Assembly: GCA_947632595.1 (NCBI GenBank)
Contig: CANRPY010000007.1
Location: 238 to 64,237, forward strand
Direction of reading: 5' to 3'
DNA: 64,000 nt
From: an uncultured Bacilli bacterium
Lineage (GTDB): Bacteria > Bacillota_I > Bacilli_A > RF39 > UBA660
Position numbers and translations under genes: made by a program. This document shows, piece by piece, positions 18,246-27,508 of this stretch (position 1 is its first letter; every line of letters starts with the position of its first letter). A model generated the notes under the pieces. That model had not been told where the DNA came from, did not search any database, and was given only the letters and a program-made list of their open reading frames with translations.

Positions 18246-20015
18246 ATGGCAAATAAGTATGTCGCAACAATTCTAAATCGTATATATTTAGGAGGAGATG
18301 ACTTCCTATATTATCCAAGTCATACCGTAATAGGAGAGATTGATCCTAAATCAAGAATCTTAAAAGATAGAAATGGGGATGAGTTTCTATCCATTACGGA
18401 TCCAACTCTTTTAATGTCAGAAGTAACTTGCGGATATGCAAATGTAGAACAATTACGCGAGCTTCCAAGATTAATGGGAAGAGAGAATTTAAAAGATGCC
18501 ATTTCTGATTATTCCGATTATTGTAAAAGACTATTATTTTATGTATCGAGATTACCAAATCATAAAATATTATCCTATGTCATTAATTATCATGATATTA
18601 GAGAACACTATAAAAAAAGTATAGAGTTAATTGAAAAAAACGGTGGGTTTGAGAAAGTCTCTGAAAGAAAAGAAGGAATTCCAAATCCAGAAAGACAAAA
18701 GTCTCCTGAAAAAAAAGAAGAGCAAAGGGAAGAAGATGAGGAAGAACCTATTGCCAAAGCCATTCTTCAAGAAGAGGTTCGTTCAGAAATTGCTGCTTTC
18801 TTTATGGAAGTAATGGAAGGAGTATACTCTTTAGAGGAACTAAAACAAATTAGAAAAAATGTCATTCTACAAAAAGAAGATATTGAGTCTCTCTTAGACT
18901 CTATTAACTTACAAATAGAAGCAAGTGAAAATGGGGAATCCAGTATCAAACTAAAAGGGGAGGGCGACACTCCAACAAGATTAGAACGAAAAGCAAGAGA
19001 GCAAAAATACCCGAAACCAAGAGTAGAAGGATATATCGATATTGATGACCTTTATAATAAGATTACAAGAACATTAATTGCCCAAGATGAACCAACCAAA
19101 AGAGTCTTAACAGAAATCATTCGAAAAATAAGAAGCAAGGAAAGTAATCGTAGAGGAATCTTAATTACAGGATCAACCGGTGTTGGAAAAACAAAAATGA
19201 TGGAGTTAATTGCCAAATATATGGGAGTTCCTTTTCATAAAATTGATTCCACCAAATTAACCATACCAGGATATGTAGGAACCGATATCGAAGAAGAACT
19301 TTGGAAACTATATGTCAAATGTGGAAAAGATAAGAAAAAGGCAGAGCATGCCATTATCTACTTCGATGAGATTGATAAAAAAGGATCTAGTAAAAAAGAA
19401 GATATTAGTGGTAGAGGCGTTCTAAATGTTTTACTACCTTTTATTGAAGGGGCAACCTATGATGCAACAGAGAATATGAAGTATCAAAAAGAAACGGTTC
19501 AAATAGACACGAGTAATATGATTGTCATTCTAGGAGGAGCCTTTACCGATGTCTACAAGGATTTAGCAGAAAAAAATAGTATTGGTTTCTTAAGAGACCA
19601 AAAGTCAACGAATAAAAGTAGGGAAGCAACAACAGAAGATTTTGTGAAAAAAGCAAATATGCCTGATGAATTTATGGGTCGTGTCTTGATTGTAAAACTA
19701 AACGATTTAGATGTAGATGCCATTAAGAGACTTCTTCTAGAGTCTGATGAATCTGCAATCAAAGTTCAACAAAGACTATTTGAAGAATTAGGCGTAAGAC
19801 TAACGACAGGAGCAGGCTACTTAGATGCCATCGCAACAAAAGCAGTCGCAAAGAAAACAGGGGCAAGAGGATTAAATACCGTAGTTGATGAAACAACCTG
19901 GGAAGCCTATAGAGATGCCTATACTCACCTAGGAGAATATGAAGAAATCATACTAGGAGAAGAAACCGTAGAAGATCCAAAAGTCTATCAAAAAATACCA
20001 AGAAAGAGAAAGTAA
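18246..20015 (+). CDS. ClpX-like AAA+ ATPase with a non-canonical N-terminal domain of about 290 aa
   Basis: Walker A GSTGVGKTK, pore loop GYVG, Walker B IIYFDEIDK, an IGF tripeptide (NSIGFL) and GARGLN sensor 2. No N-terminal zinc-ribbon cysteines. Confidence 0.7.
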   Translation: MANKYVATILNRIYLGGDDFLYYPSHTVIGEIDPKSRILKDRNGDEFLSITDPTLLMSEVTCGYANVEQLRELPRLMGRENLKDAISDYSDYCKRLLFYVSRLPNHKILSYVINYHDIREHYKKSIELIEKNGGFEKVSERKEGIPNPERQKSPEKKEEQREEDEEEPIAKAILQEEVRSEIAAFFMEVMEGVYSLEELKQIRKNVILQKEDIESLLDSINLQIEASENGESSIKLKGEGDTPTRLERKAREQKYPKPRVEGYIDIDDLYNKITRTLIAQDEPTKRVLTEIIRKIRSKESNRRGILITGSTGVGKTKMMELIAKYMGVPFHKIDSTKLTIPGYVGTDIEEELWKLYVKCGKDKKKAEHAIIYFDEIDKKGSSKKEDISGRGVLNVLLPFIEGATYDATENMKYQKETVQIDTSNMIVILGGAFTDVYKDLAEKNSIGFLRDQKSTNKSREATTEDFVKKANMPDEFMGRVLIVKLNDLDVDAIKRLLLESDESAIKVQQRLFEELGVRLTTGAGYLDAIATKAVAKKTGARGLNTVVDETTWEAYRDAYTHLGEYEEIILGEETVEDPKVYQKIPRKRK

Positions 20016-20036
20016 GAAAACCTTACTTTCTTTTTT
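20008..20036 (+). terminator. Rho-independent terminator
   Basis: GAAAGTAAG-aaaac-CTTACTTTC hairpin plus TTTTTT. Confidence 0.7.
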
Positions 20037-20100
20037 AAGAAAATAAAAAAATGGTTGCAATTTAATTTTGAATTTGATACAATCATATTACGTGAGAAAT

Positions 20101-20177
20101 GGCGAAATAGCTCAGCTGGCTAGAGCGTTCGGTTCATACCCGAAAGGTCGGGGGTTCGATCCCCTCTTTCGCTACCA
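20101..20177 (+). tRNA. tRNA-Met (anticodon CAT, elongator-like; a lysidine-modified Ile2 identity cannot be excluded)
   Basis: Hand-folded cloverleaf: acceptor GGCGAAA/TTTCGCT, D arm GCTC..GAGC, anticodon stem TTCGG/CCGAA with loop TTCATAC, T arm GGGGG-TTCGATC-CCCTC, encoded CCA. Confidence 0.9.
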
Positions 20178-20214
20178 GATGGATAGGAAACTCGAACTTT
20201 TCGAGTATCAATAT

Positions 20215-20243
20215 AAAACGACTTGTCAAAAAGTCGTTTTTAT
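20215..20243 (+). terminator. Rho-independent terminator after tRNA-Met
   Basis: ACGACTT-gtcaaa-AAGTCGT hairpin plus TTTTT. Confidence 0.6.
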
Positions 20244-20422
20244 GTTATTATGAATATGTCAAGGTTTCCTTGCATAAAATAAAAAAGGGAACATTCAGTT
20301 TTAGTAAGTTGAATGTCTACCCAATTGATATTGTTTAGACATTTAATTCAATGAAGAATTAAGTGTCATTTTTTTATTACTACTATCATAATGATAAGGA
20401 GAAATACTTTTACAACAAAGAG

Positions 20423-20448
20423 AGAAAAAAAGATGATGGTTATCATCT
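20423..20448 (-). terminator. Rho-independent terminator (minus strand)
   Basis: AGATGAT-aacc-ATCATCT hairpin followed by a T-run on the minus strand, directly after the stop of the ASCH gene. Confidence 0.6.
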
Positions 20449-20790
20449 TTATAATAATTCAATACGGATACCAAGAACACCATACTGTTCTTGTTTTTCT
20501 TTTGTATAGTATTTTTCTAAATCCTTCATCAATTCTTCACGAGAAACAGAAGTATCTGCAAGTAGAGAAATATCAAGATCTTGAAACATTTCTTCAAAAG
20601 TGGAGTATCTTAATAAACCAACCACTCTTGTTTGAAAGGACTCTTGAAGATCAGGTTCCTTATAAAAGGTAACCGTATCTCCAATCTTTATTTTTTGCCG
20701 TTTCTCATCATAGAGTCTAATTTCAATTCTCTTGGTTCCATTTAACATAAAATAATAATGAGTAGGTTGTAATTTCATTTCATGATTCAT
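20449..20790 (-). CDS. ASCH domain protein
   Basis: YYFMLNGTKRIEIRLYDEKRQKIKIGDTVTF is the typical ASCH/PUA-like beta-barrel opening; about 113 aa. Confidence 0.55.
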   Translation of the reverse strand: MNHEMKLQPTHYYFMLNGTKRIEIRLYDEKRQKIKIGDTVTFYKEPDLQESFQTRVVGLLRYSTFEEMFQDLDISLLADTSVSREELMKDLEKYYTKEKQEQYGVLGIRIELL

Positions 20791-20810
20791 AACACTTTCT
20801 CCTTTCTTAT

Positions 20811-21788
20811 CTATTGGTCTTCTCGGAAACTATAGATAACATTATAAATATCTCCAGTAGAAGAAGGACCTTCTAATCCTAAGTAATGGGTCTTACCACT
20901 CTTAGATTCAAAGAACCATAAAGTAAAATATTTATTTTCTTGAGTAAAATGTGTAGTGACGATATATGCCTTATAAGAAGCAATGGTTCCGGTAGAAGTA
21001 TTGATACTATCAACATTTCTTTTAGACAATTCATTATAATTAGAGTTGGCCCAATCAGCAGCTCTCATACTAGTAGTAGGTAGAGCATATAAAGTAGCAA
21101 TCCAAGTTCCATCAGAATATTGTAGAGTATTATTTCCATTTTGATCTTGGAACTTATGCCAAGTCTTGGGAATAGAAATAAATCCAAATTCTTCACTTCC
21201 AACACGGAAAGAATTTTCTGCGGTAAAGTAATTAGAGTAGTCACCGCCACTTCCTACTTCACCAGCAGGATCTTCATTAGAAAATGGTTTTTGATTAGAA
21301 TCTGCTTTTCCATAAAAATATAAAAATAAGAAAAAAGCAATAAGAAGAACAATGGAACCTACAATAATACCAATCGCAAGGATTTTAATTCTCTTCTTTT
21401 TCTTTTTCGCAGCCATTCTCTTTTGTGAGATTTGTGCATTAGGAAGAGGAGTAGATGCGGGAACCGTAGGAGGAGTAGTTGCCTCTTCATTAGGAAGCTC
21501 CATCTCTTTAGGGATTGCAATCTCATTACTAAGAGTAGGAGTATCACCCATCATAAAAGAAGGAACATCGGCAAAAGAACCATCAGAATTACTAACATCC
21601 CCAACAGCTAAAGAATTGGCAACTGGCATAAGCCCATTATTACTTGCTCCAACAACTTCTACAGTAGGTTCACCAAGACCCTGAGCAGGAGCAGGAACTT
21701 CTTCCCGAATATCATGGCTACCACATTTACTACAAAAATTTCCATCTTCTTCAATCACACTTTGACATTGATTACAAATCTTTGGCAT
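20811..21788 (-). CDS. Zinc-ribbon membrane protein with an extracytoplasmic C-terminal domain
   Basis: N-terminal CNQC...CSKCG zinc ribbon, Pro/Thr-rich linker, basic stretch, TM ILAIGIIVGSIVLLIAFFLFLYF, then a domain of about 170 aa. Confidence 0.6.
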   Translation of the reverse strand: MPKICNQCQSVIEEDGNFCSKCGSHDIREEVPAPAQGLGEPTVEVVGASNNGLMPVANSLAVGDVSNSDGSFADVPSFMMGDTPTLSNEIAIPKEMELPNEEATTPPTVPASTPLPNAQISQKRMAAKKKKKRIKILAIGIIVGSIVLLIAFFLFLYFYGKADSNQKPFSNEDPAGEVGSGGDYSNYFTAENSFRVGSEEFGFISIPKTWHKFQDQNGNNTLQYSDGTWIATLYALPTTSMRAADWANSNYNELSKRNVDSINTSTGTIASYKAYIVTTHFTQENKYFTLWFFESKSGKTHYLGLEGPSSTGDIYNVIYSFREDQ

Positions 21789-21940
21789 ATCACCACATCC
21801 TTAGTATCATTTTACCATAAAAGAAAGTCCTGAAAAGTTGAAAAAGGAAGAAAAACAGTTTTTGACACCGAAAAAAGAACAAAACTTTGCAATCCTATCT
21901 TTCCAAATGAAAAAAAATAAGGTAAAATAATAAAAGAAAT

Positions 21941-22015
21941 TGCCCCATAGCCAAGTGGTAAGGCAGTGCGCTCTGACCGCATCACGCGTTAGTTCGAATC
22001 TAACTGGGGCAGCCA
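21941..22015 (+). tRNA. tRNA-Gln (anticodon CTG)
   Basis: Acceptor TGCCCCA/TGGGGCA with U1-A72 and a G discriminator, as in bacterial tRNA-Gln. Anticodon stem GTGCG/CGCAT with loop CTCTGAC. T loop TTCGAAT. Encoded CCA. Confidence 0.9.
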
Positions 22016-22139
22016 ATTAAAATAAAGAAGAAATCAATGAAGAAGGCAATGCCTTTTTTCTATTTTCTTTTTAGAAAAAATAGTGTATGATAGGAATGAA
22101 TTTATTTCCTGCGTGAAAAGGTTAAAAGAGGTGTAAATC

Positions 22140-23807
22140 ATGACAGTAGAAGAAAGAAAAGAACTTGCAGAATTATTATTTCCAAATATCAAACAGGATA
22201 GAGATTACTATGAGAAAAAATACCCAGAAAGAAACTTAAAAGAAGGAGCCATGGTAACAAGATATGCTCCCTCTCCAACCGGTAGTGTCCATTTAGGAAA
22301 CTTGCTAAGTGCTTTTGCAGACATGGTATATGCAAGACAGAGTGGAGGAAGTTTCTATTTAAGAATTGAAGATACCGATCAAAAAAGAATGATTGAGGGC
22401 GGTATTGAAAATATTACAGGCGTTCTACATGACTTTGATATGATTCCAACAGAAGGATATTCTTTTGGAGGTGACTATGAACCATATATTCAAAGTGAAA
22501 GAACAGAAATTTACCAAACATATATCAAAGACTTGATAATAGAAGGGTATGCCTATCCTTGTTTTATGACCGAAGAAGAAATCGAAAATATTCGAGAAGA
22601 ACAAGAAATCAATAAAACAAAAATTGGAATTTATGGTGTATATGCTGTCGATAGAGACCTATCTCTAGAAGAAATTAAGAGTAGACTAGAAAAGAAAGAA
22701 GATTATGTCATTCGTCTAAAATCTCCAGGAGATGCTTCCAAAGAAATAGAAGTTGTTGACTGTATCAAAGGAAAAATGAAATTTCCAGAACACAATGTAG
22801 ATACGATTCTACTAAAAAAAGATGGTACTCCAACATATCACTTTGCTCACGTAATTGATGATCATCTAATGCATACAACCCATGTCATTCGAGGAGATGA
22901 ATGGGTATCCAGTCTTCCTCTTCATATTCAATTATTTGAATTACTTGGATTTACACCAGTAAAATATGCACACATTGCTCCAATCACAATCAAAGATCAA
23001 GAAACAGGAAATATTCGTAAGATTAGTAAAAGAAAAGATCCATGGTTTGGAGTAAAATACTATGATGAAAATGGTATCCCAATCGATGCTCTTCACTTAT
23101 ATCTCGCAACAATTACCAATACAAACTTTGAAGAGTGGTATTTGAAAAACCCAGAAAAGAAAATATCAGATTTTACCTTCTCTTTTGAAAAACAAGCAAT
23201 CGGAGGAACTTCTTTTGATGAAGCAAAACTAGAAAATCTTTGTAAAACATATTTCTCTAGAAAAAGTGGAAAAGAAGTTTATGAAGAAACCCTTGTTTGG
23301 GCAAAAAAACATGATGAAGAATACTTTAAGCTACTAACGGAAAACAAAGAAGACATGATAAAATTCTTAGGAATCGAAAAAGATGGCGATAGACCAAGAA
23401 AAGATATTGCCAAATATAGTGATGTCAAAGAAGAATTTTCATATGCCATTGACTCTCTATTTGAAAAAGAAGCGTATCAAAAGTTTGATGGAGAAAAAAC
23501 ATATAATACCGACTTTATTCAAGAATATGTTGACAATATCTTAGATTTAGAAGTCGATAACGATACTTGGTTTAGTACCATCAAACAATTCGCAACGGAT
23601 CACGGATATGCTGCTAGTCCAAAAGAATATAAAGCATCTCCTGAATCCTACAAAGGACATGTTGGAGATATCTGTGAAGCCATTCGAGTTATGATAACAG
23701 GACGCTTAAAGTCACCGGACCTATTAAGCATTATGAAAATTCTTGGCAAAGAAAGAATTACAAAAAGAATTGCCATGTATAAAGCATATAAAGAAAAGAA
23801 CGATTAA
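22140..23807 (+). CDS. gltX: Glutamate--tRNA ligase (long form, about 555 aa)
   Basis: TRYAPSPTGSVHLGNL (HIGH-type motif), RIEDTDQKR, and KISKRK (KMSKS-type motif). Confidence 0.85.
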   Translation: MTVEERKELAELLFPNIKQDRDYYEKKYPERNLKEGAMVTRYAPSPTGSVHLGNLLSAFADMVYARQSGGSFYLRIEDTDQKRMIEGGIENITGVLHDFDMIPTEGYSFGGDYEPYIQSERTEIYQTYIKDLIIEGYAYPCFMTEEEIENIREEQEINKTKIGIYGVYAVDRDLSLEEIKSRLEKKEDYVIRLKSPGDASKEIEVVDCIKGKMKFPEHNVDTILLKKDGTPTYHFAHVIDDHLMHTTHVIRGDEWVSSLPLHIQLFELLGFTPVKYAHIAPITIKDQETGNIRKISKRKDPWFGVKYYDENGIPIDALHLYLATITNTNFEEWYLKNPEKKISDFTFSFEKQAIGGTSFDEAKLENLCKTYFSRKSGKEVYEETLVWAKKHDEEYFKLLTENKEDMIKFLGIEKDGDRPRKDIAKYSDVKEEFSYAIDSLFEKEAYQKFDGEKTYNTDFIQEYVDNILDLEVDNDTWFSTIKQFATDHGYAASPKEYKASPESYKGHVGDICEAIRVMITGRLKSPDLLSIMKILGKERITKRIAMYKAYKEKND

Positions 23808-23828
23808 TCAATCATCGTTCTTTTTTTG
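23797..23828 (+). terminator. Terminator hairpin for gltX, overlapping the 3' end of convergent pyrH
   Basis: AGAACGAT-(9 nt)-ATCGTTCT hairpin plus a T-run. Confidence 0.5.
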
Positions 23829-24524
23829 ATGTACCAAAGTACAAACGCCATCTCCTTCTAAGACTTTTAGAAGGTTTCCTTTTTTATTAATATTAAATAC
23901 CAAAATAGGAATATCTTCTTCCATACAAAGACTAATTGCCGTAGAATCCATAACATTTAGTTTTTGATTCAAAACATCAATATAAGAAATCTCATCATAT
24001 CTCTTCGCATCTTCAAATTTCTTAGGATCCTTATCAAATACTCCATCGACTTTAGTAGCTTTTACCAAAACATCGGCTAAAATTTCAGCAGCTCTAAGAC
24101 TAGAGGCCGTATCCGTTGAGAAAAAAGGACTTCCAGTACCACAACCAAAAATGACAACTCTTCCTTTTTCTAAGTGACGAATAGCACGGTCCTTAATATA
24201 AAATTCCGCAATCTGTCTCATCTCAACTCCTGTTTGTACACGAACCGGCGTATGAATTTGTTTAAAAGCATCTCCAAGAGCCAAAGCATTCATAACCGTA
24301 CCCATCATTCCAATATAATCACTAGTTGCTCGGTCCATATATTCATTGCTTTTTCCTCTCCAGAAGTTTCCTCCTCCAACAACAATTCCAATCTCATATC
24401 CTAAATCAACACAGTCTTTAATCTCTCTAGCAATCTCTAAAGTTCTCTCAAAATCAATCCCTGTTTTATTACTTCCTGCAAGGACTTCTCCACTAAGTTT
24501 CAAAAGAATTCTCTTGTACTTCAA
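23808..24524 (-). CDS. pyrH: UMP kinase
   Basis: YKRILLKLSGEVLAG, VVGGGNFWRG and DGVFDKDP motifs. Confidence 0.92.
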   Translation of the reverse strand: MKYKRILLKLSGEVLAGSNKTGIDFERTLEIAREIKDCVDLGYEIGIVVGGGNFWRGKSNEYMDRATSDYIGMMGTVMNALALGDAFKQIHTPVRVQTGVEMRQIAEFYIKDRAIRHLEKGRVVIFGCGTGSPFFSTDTASSLRAAEILADVLVKATKVDGVFDKDPKKFEDAKRYDEISYIDVLNQKLNVMDSTAISLCMEEDIPILVFNINKKGNLLKVLEGDGVCTLVHQKKNDD

Positions 24525-24587
24525 AAAATATCATCTCCTAAAAATAGTGTAACATAAGAATTTCCTCTTAACAAATATTAATTTTTG

Positions 24588-24596
24588 TGATATAAT
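24588..24596 (+). promoter_or_regulatory. Extended -10 element TGaTATAAT
   Basis: Exact TGnTATAAT 33 nt upstream of ATG 24629. Confidence 0.5.
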
Positions 24597-24628
24597 AGGC
24601 AAATCGAAAAAGAAAGGGGATTCCTAAT

Positions 24629-25579
24629 ATGATACAAAAGATAACATTTACAGAAGATTTAGAAAACATCCTAAAGAAAATGGAGAGTAATTGTTATGAC
24701 GGTATGACTCTTAGAAAACAAATACGAGAACTACAAGAAGAACAAACACCTCAAGTCGTAACCCAAGCACCAGCTCCAACAAAGCCTCACTTTGAGATTC
24801 CAAAAGCAGAAGAGGTAGGGGAAGATGATGAATTAAACGCCTATATAGAAGAATATCGTAAAACAAGTTTTGAAGACATGAACACTTTCATTGAACTATT
24901 ACCAGATAGTGATGACCACCAATATGAAAGAATCATTCTACGTTTGCAAGCAGAATCCATAAGAGAAATAAAAGAAATTATAGAAATGATGGAAAAAGAA
25001 GACAAAACAAGTCGTGGAATCTTTGAGGAATTTCTAAAAAATGAACAAAAGAAACTTGCAAAATTAAAGAAATTATTACAAGAAGAAGAGAAAAAAGAAG
25101 AAAAACAAACGAATCATAACACGATTATCCTAGTTCCAAATAAATCGGGTAAGATTCGTATCTTTGATGAAATAGAAGATATTCCATCAGACTTTTATGA
25201 AGAAATCTATGAATTAATCGTATCCATCATAAATGGTAAATTTAAAAGAAGAAAACGCTTTAATATCGGTTCCAATGCAGCCCTAGGTTCTGTATCAGAA
25301 GTAAGAGGAAATAAAGTAAGAGTTCTATACCAAAGACTTGCTCAAGATGTATACGCAATCTACTCTGTTTTTTTAAAGAAAACATCCAATGCTAGAGGAT
25401 ACCGAAGCCTATTATTAAATCGTGTAGGAGACTACAAAGAAGTAGAAGAAAGCATTAAGAAAAACATTGAAAATGGCGAATTCTTAGAAGCAAACGATCA
25501 ATATGTAGAAGAACTATGGAATAAACTTGGATATTCCGAAGCAGCAAAAATCTATAGAAAGGGGAGAAAAGACGTATGA
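24629..25579 (+). CDS. Hypothetical protein; the C-terminal half resembles a RelE/ParE or Gp49-type toxin fold
   Basis: KIRIFDEIEDIPSDFYEEIYELIVSIINGK...VSEVRGNKVRVLYQRLAQDVYAIYSVFLKK follows the RelE/Gp49 pattern (ElR..iRvlY....v.il.vF.KK). The N-terminal 170 aa are acidic and coiled. Confidence 0.4.
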   Translation: MIQKITFTEDLENILKKMESNCYDGMTLRKQIRELQEEQTPQVVTQAPAPTKPHFEIPKAEEVGEDDELNAYIEEYRKTSFEDMNTFIELLPDSDDHQYERIILRLQAESIREIKEIIEMMEKEDKTSRGIFEEFLKNEQKKLAKLKKLLQEEEKKEEKQTNHNTIILVPNKSGKIRIFDEIEDIPSDFYEEIYELIVSIINGKFKRRKRFNIGSNAALGSVSEVRGNKVRVLYQRLAQDVYAIYSVFLKKTSNARGYRSLLLNRVGDYKEVEESIKKNIENGEFLEANDQYVEELWNKLGYSEAAKIYRKGRKDV

Positions 25580-27483
25580 CATTAGAAGAGTTACTAAGAG
25601 CAATCGATGAAACCAAAGAAGAAATTACTCCAACGTATGAAGAAGATCCTGGATACGCTATGTGTAAAGAGTTTCTAGATAATAACAAAATGATGAGAGC
25701 AGAGCAATTAACAGAAATCGATATTTGGAAATGTATGAAGTGTCTTGCTTACCTAATCACCGAAAAGAAACTAACGATAGAAGAATGTGAAGAATTAGAA
25801 GAAACGAACAGAACCTTATTTGAAGATCTAGACTATGATACTTTTAAAGATGTGATTTCTGTTTTATATGTCATTACCGATCTTCCAAAAAACAAAAGAG
25901 ATCTTGTCTTATTATATATTGAAGAAACGAGTAAAATAAGAGCCTCTCTAATCCTTGGAACCATCAACGAAAAAGAGGTAGGTTTTCAAGAAATAACCGA
26001 GGGAGATTTTGAAGATTCTGACTTTAAACGAATCCTAAAAGAAGTAAGAGAACTAGAACAAACAAAAGGAAGCATTCGAAAAATTGTAGAATTTATTGAA
26101 AGAGGACCAGAAATTGCCTCTAAACTATATATGTACGTACAAGCTCAAAAACACATGAGAGGAGAATGTGCTTCTTTTGAAGAAGAACTTGCAGAGGAAA
26201 ATTTCAGAAAAAAGATCAAAGCAAAAATGATACAAGAGTTTGTTGCTTCTTGTTATAACCAAAAAAATATTTTAACAATCTACAATAACATTACTAGATT
26301 TGTAAGTGCAGAAGAAGGAAAACGTCAAAGTGCCAGTAAAGAAGCAAGACGAATAGATAGAAATTGTGAAAGAGCAAAAGACGTTTTAATAAAAGCAGAT
26401 CAAGAAGAAGAAATTACCAACCTAAGAGAATTAGTCCGTTATCTTCCAACAGAAGACCTAAAAAGAAAAGCATTAATGTGGGCACAGGAAAGAAATGCAG
26501 AATACTACTTATCTCTAGAAAAGAAATTAGAAGAATTAAGTGCAAACTCTATTAACTTATATATGGCAATACTAAATCGCTATCATATCGCAATGGATAG
26601 AAAAGATATCCCAACACTTTTACAAAACACTCCAGGAGAACTAGAAGAAATCTTATCGATGATTCCTCTTCATGCATTTACAATGGAAAGTCAAATAAAA
26701 ATCATTCAATCTACCAATGTAGGAATTGCAAAAAGAATCAGAAAATACCTAGATAATTGTTTTATAACCTTAGAAATCTTAGGAGACAACTGGGACTTAT
26801 ATGACCATAATAGTACAAAACTAACAAGATTTGAAAAGTCCGTTGAATACATACAAGGAAAAGGAATCAACCCAAGAATTCTATATGAATATGCAAGCAT
26901 CTTATGGGCAAGTCCAGAAATATTTCAAAGAAATATCGATACCTTAGAATCCTATAATTTATTAAGAGCCTTAAGAACAATAGATGATTTTAGTTTCTTA
27001 ATGGATCCAACAACTCCAACCAAATTAGATTTGATGACAGAACTTGGATATTATGAGTATCTAGAAGAAGATATTGGTCTAATCAATACGTCAAAACAAA
27101 GAATCAAACGACTAGAATTATTAAAACGAATGAATATTCCAGTAGAAGATATCGATACTCTATATGAAGTATTAGAAGGAAATGACTTTATTGTAAAAGA
27201 TGAAGAACTAGATAAATACTTAATTGATTATGCATCTCTAAGACAAGAAAAAGAATTAACATTAACCTTAGAAGAATTAAAAGAAAAAGCAACAAACTCT
27301 GTTTCAGCGTCTATTGGAGGAGAAATATTTTCTCTACCAAAGATAGAACGTCTAATGAAAGAAGGTTATAGACTAGAACAAGCAATGTTTGTTGGTAAAA
27401 GATGTGATGTAGAAGAATATAAAAAGATACAAAAAGCCTTAAAACCTTATCAAAAAACAAAAAAGAGGGAAGCAAACGTTTGA
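25576..27483 (+). CDS. Hypothetical 635-aa all-helical repeat protein
   Basis: ATGA overlap with the upstream gene. No enzymatic motif recognised. The C-terminal half shows repeated blocks of about 35-45 aa (L..LG...-type, mTERF-like by eye). Confidence 0.5.
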   Translation: MTLEELLRAIDETKEEITPTYEEDPGYAMCKEFLDNNKMMRAEQLTEIDIWKCMKCLAYLITEKKLTIEECEELEETNRTLFEDLDYDTFKDVISVLYVITDLPKNKRDLVLLYIEETSKIRASLILGTINEKEVGFQEITEGDFEDSDFKRILKEVRELEQTKGSIRKIVEFIERGPEIASKLYMYVQAQKHMRGECASFEEELAEENFRKKIKAKMIQEFVASCYNQKNILTIYNNITRFVSAEEGKRQSASKEARRIDRNCERAKDVLIKADQEEEITNLRELVRYLPTEDLKRKALMWAQERNAEYYLSLEKKLEELSANSINLYMAILNRYHIAMDRKDIPTLLQNTPGELEEILSMIPLHAFTMESQIKIIQSTNVGIAKRIRKYLDNCFITLEILGDNWDLYDHNSTKLTRFEKSVEYIQGKGINPRILYEYASILWASPEIFQRNIDTLESYNLLRALRTIDDFSFLMDPTTPTKLDLMTELGYYEYLEEDIGLINTSKQRIKRLELLKRMNIPVEDIDTLYEVLEGNDFIVKDEELDKYLIDYASLRQEKELTLTLEELKEKATNSVSASIGGEIFSLPKIERLMKEGYRLEQAMFVGKRCDVEEYKKIQKALKPYQKTKKREANV

Positions 27484-27508
27484 CAGAGAGTAGAGTCTAT
27501 GTTATAAT
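27480..27508 (+). promoter_or_regulatory. Consensus sigma-A promoter TTGACA-N17-TATAAT of the rplU operon
   Basis: Perfect -35 and -10 hexamers with a 17-nt spacer. Confidence 0.7.

Noticed and set aside
20068-20253. 61-aa ORF
   Set aside because: It overlaps tRNA-Met (20101..20177) and its terminator, so it is spurious.
20101-22015. Integrated mobile element between the two tRNAs
   Set aside because: No integrase, recombinase, transposase or duplicated tRNA end was seen. It is kept only as a low-interest note.
21807-22016. 69-aa minus-strand ORF
   Set aside because: It is antisense to tRNA-Gln (21941..22015), so it is spurious.
22016-22139. Possible T-box leader upstream of gltX
   Set aside because: The gap is only 124 nt, too short for a T-box. 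I could not find the conserved T-box sequence or a specifier-loop architecture; only a short hairpin and a promoter-like element are present.
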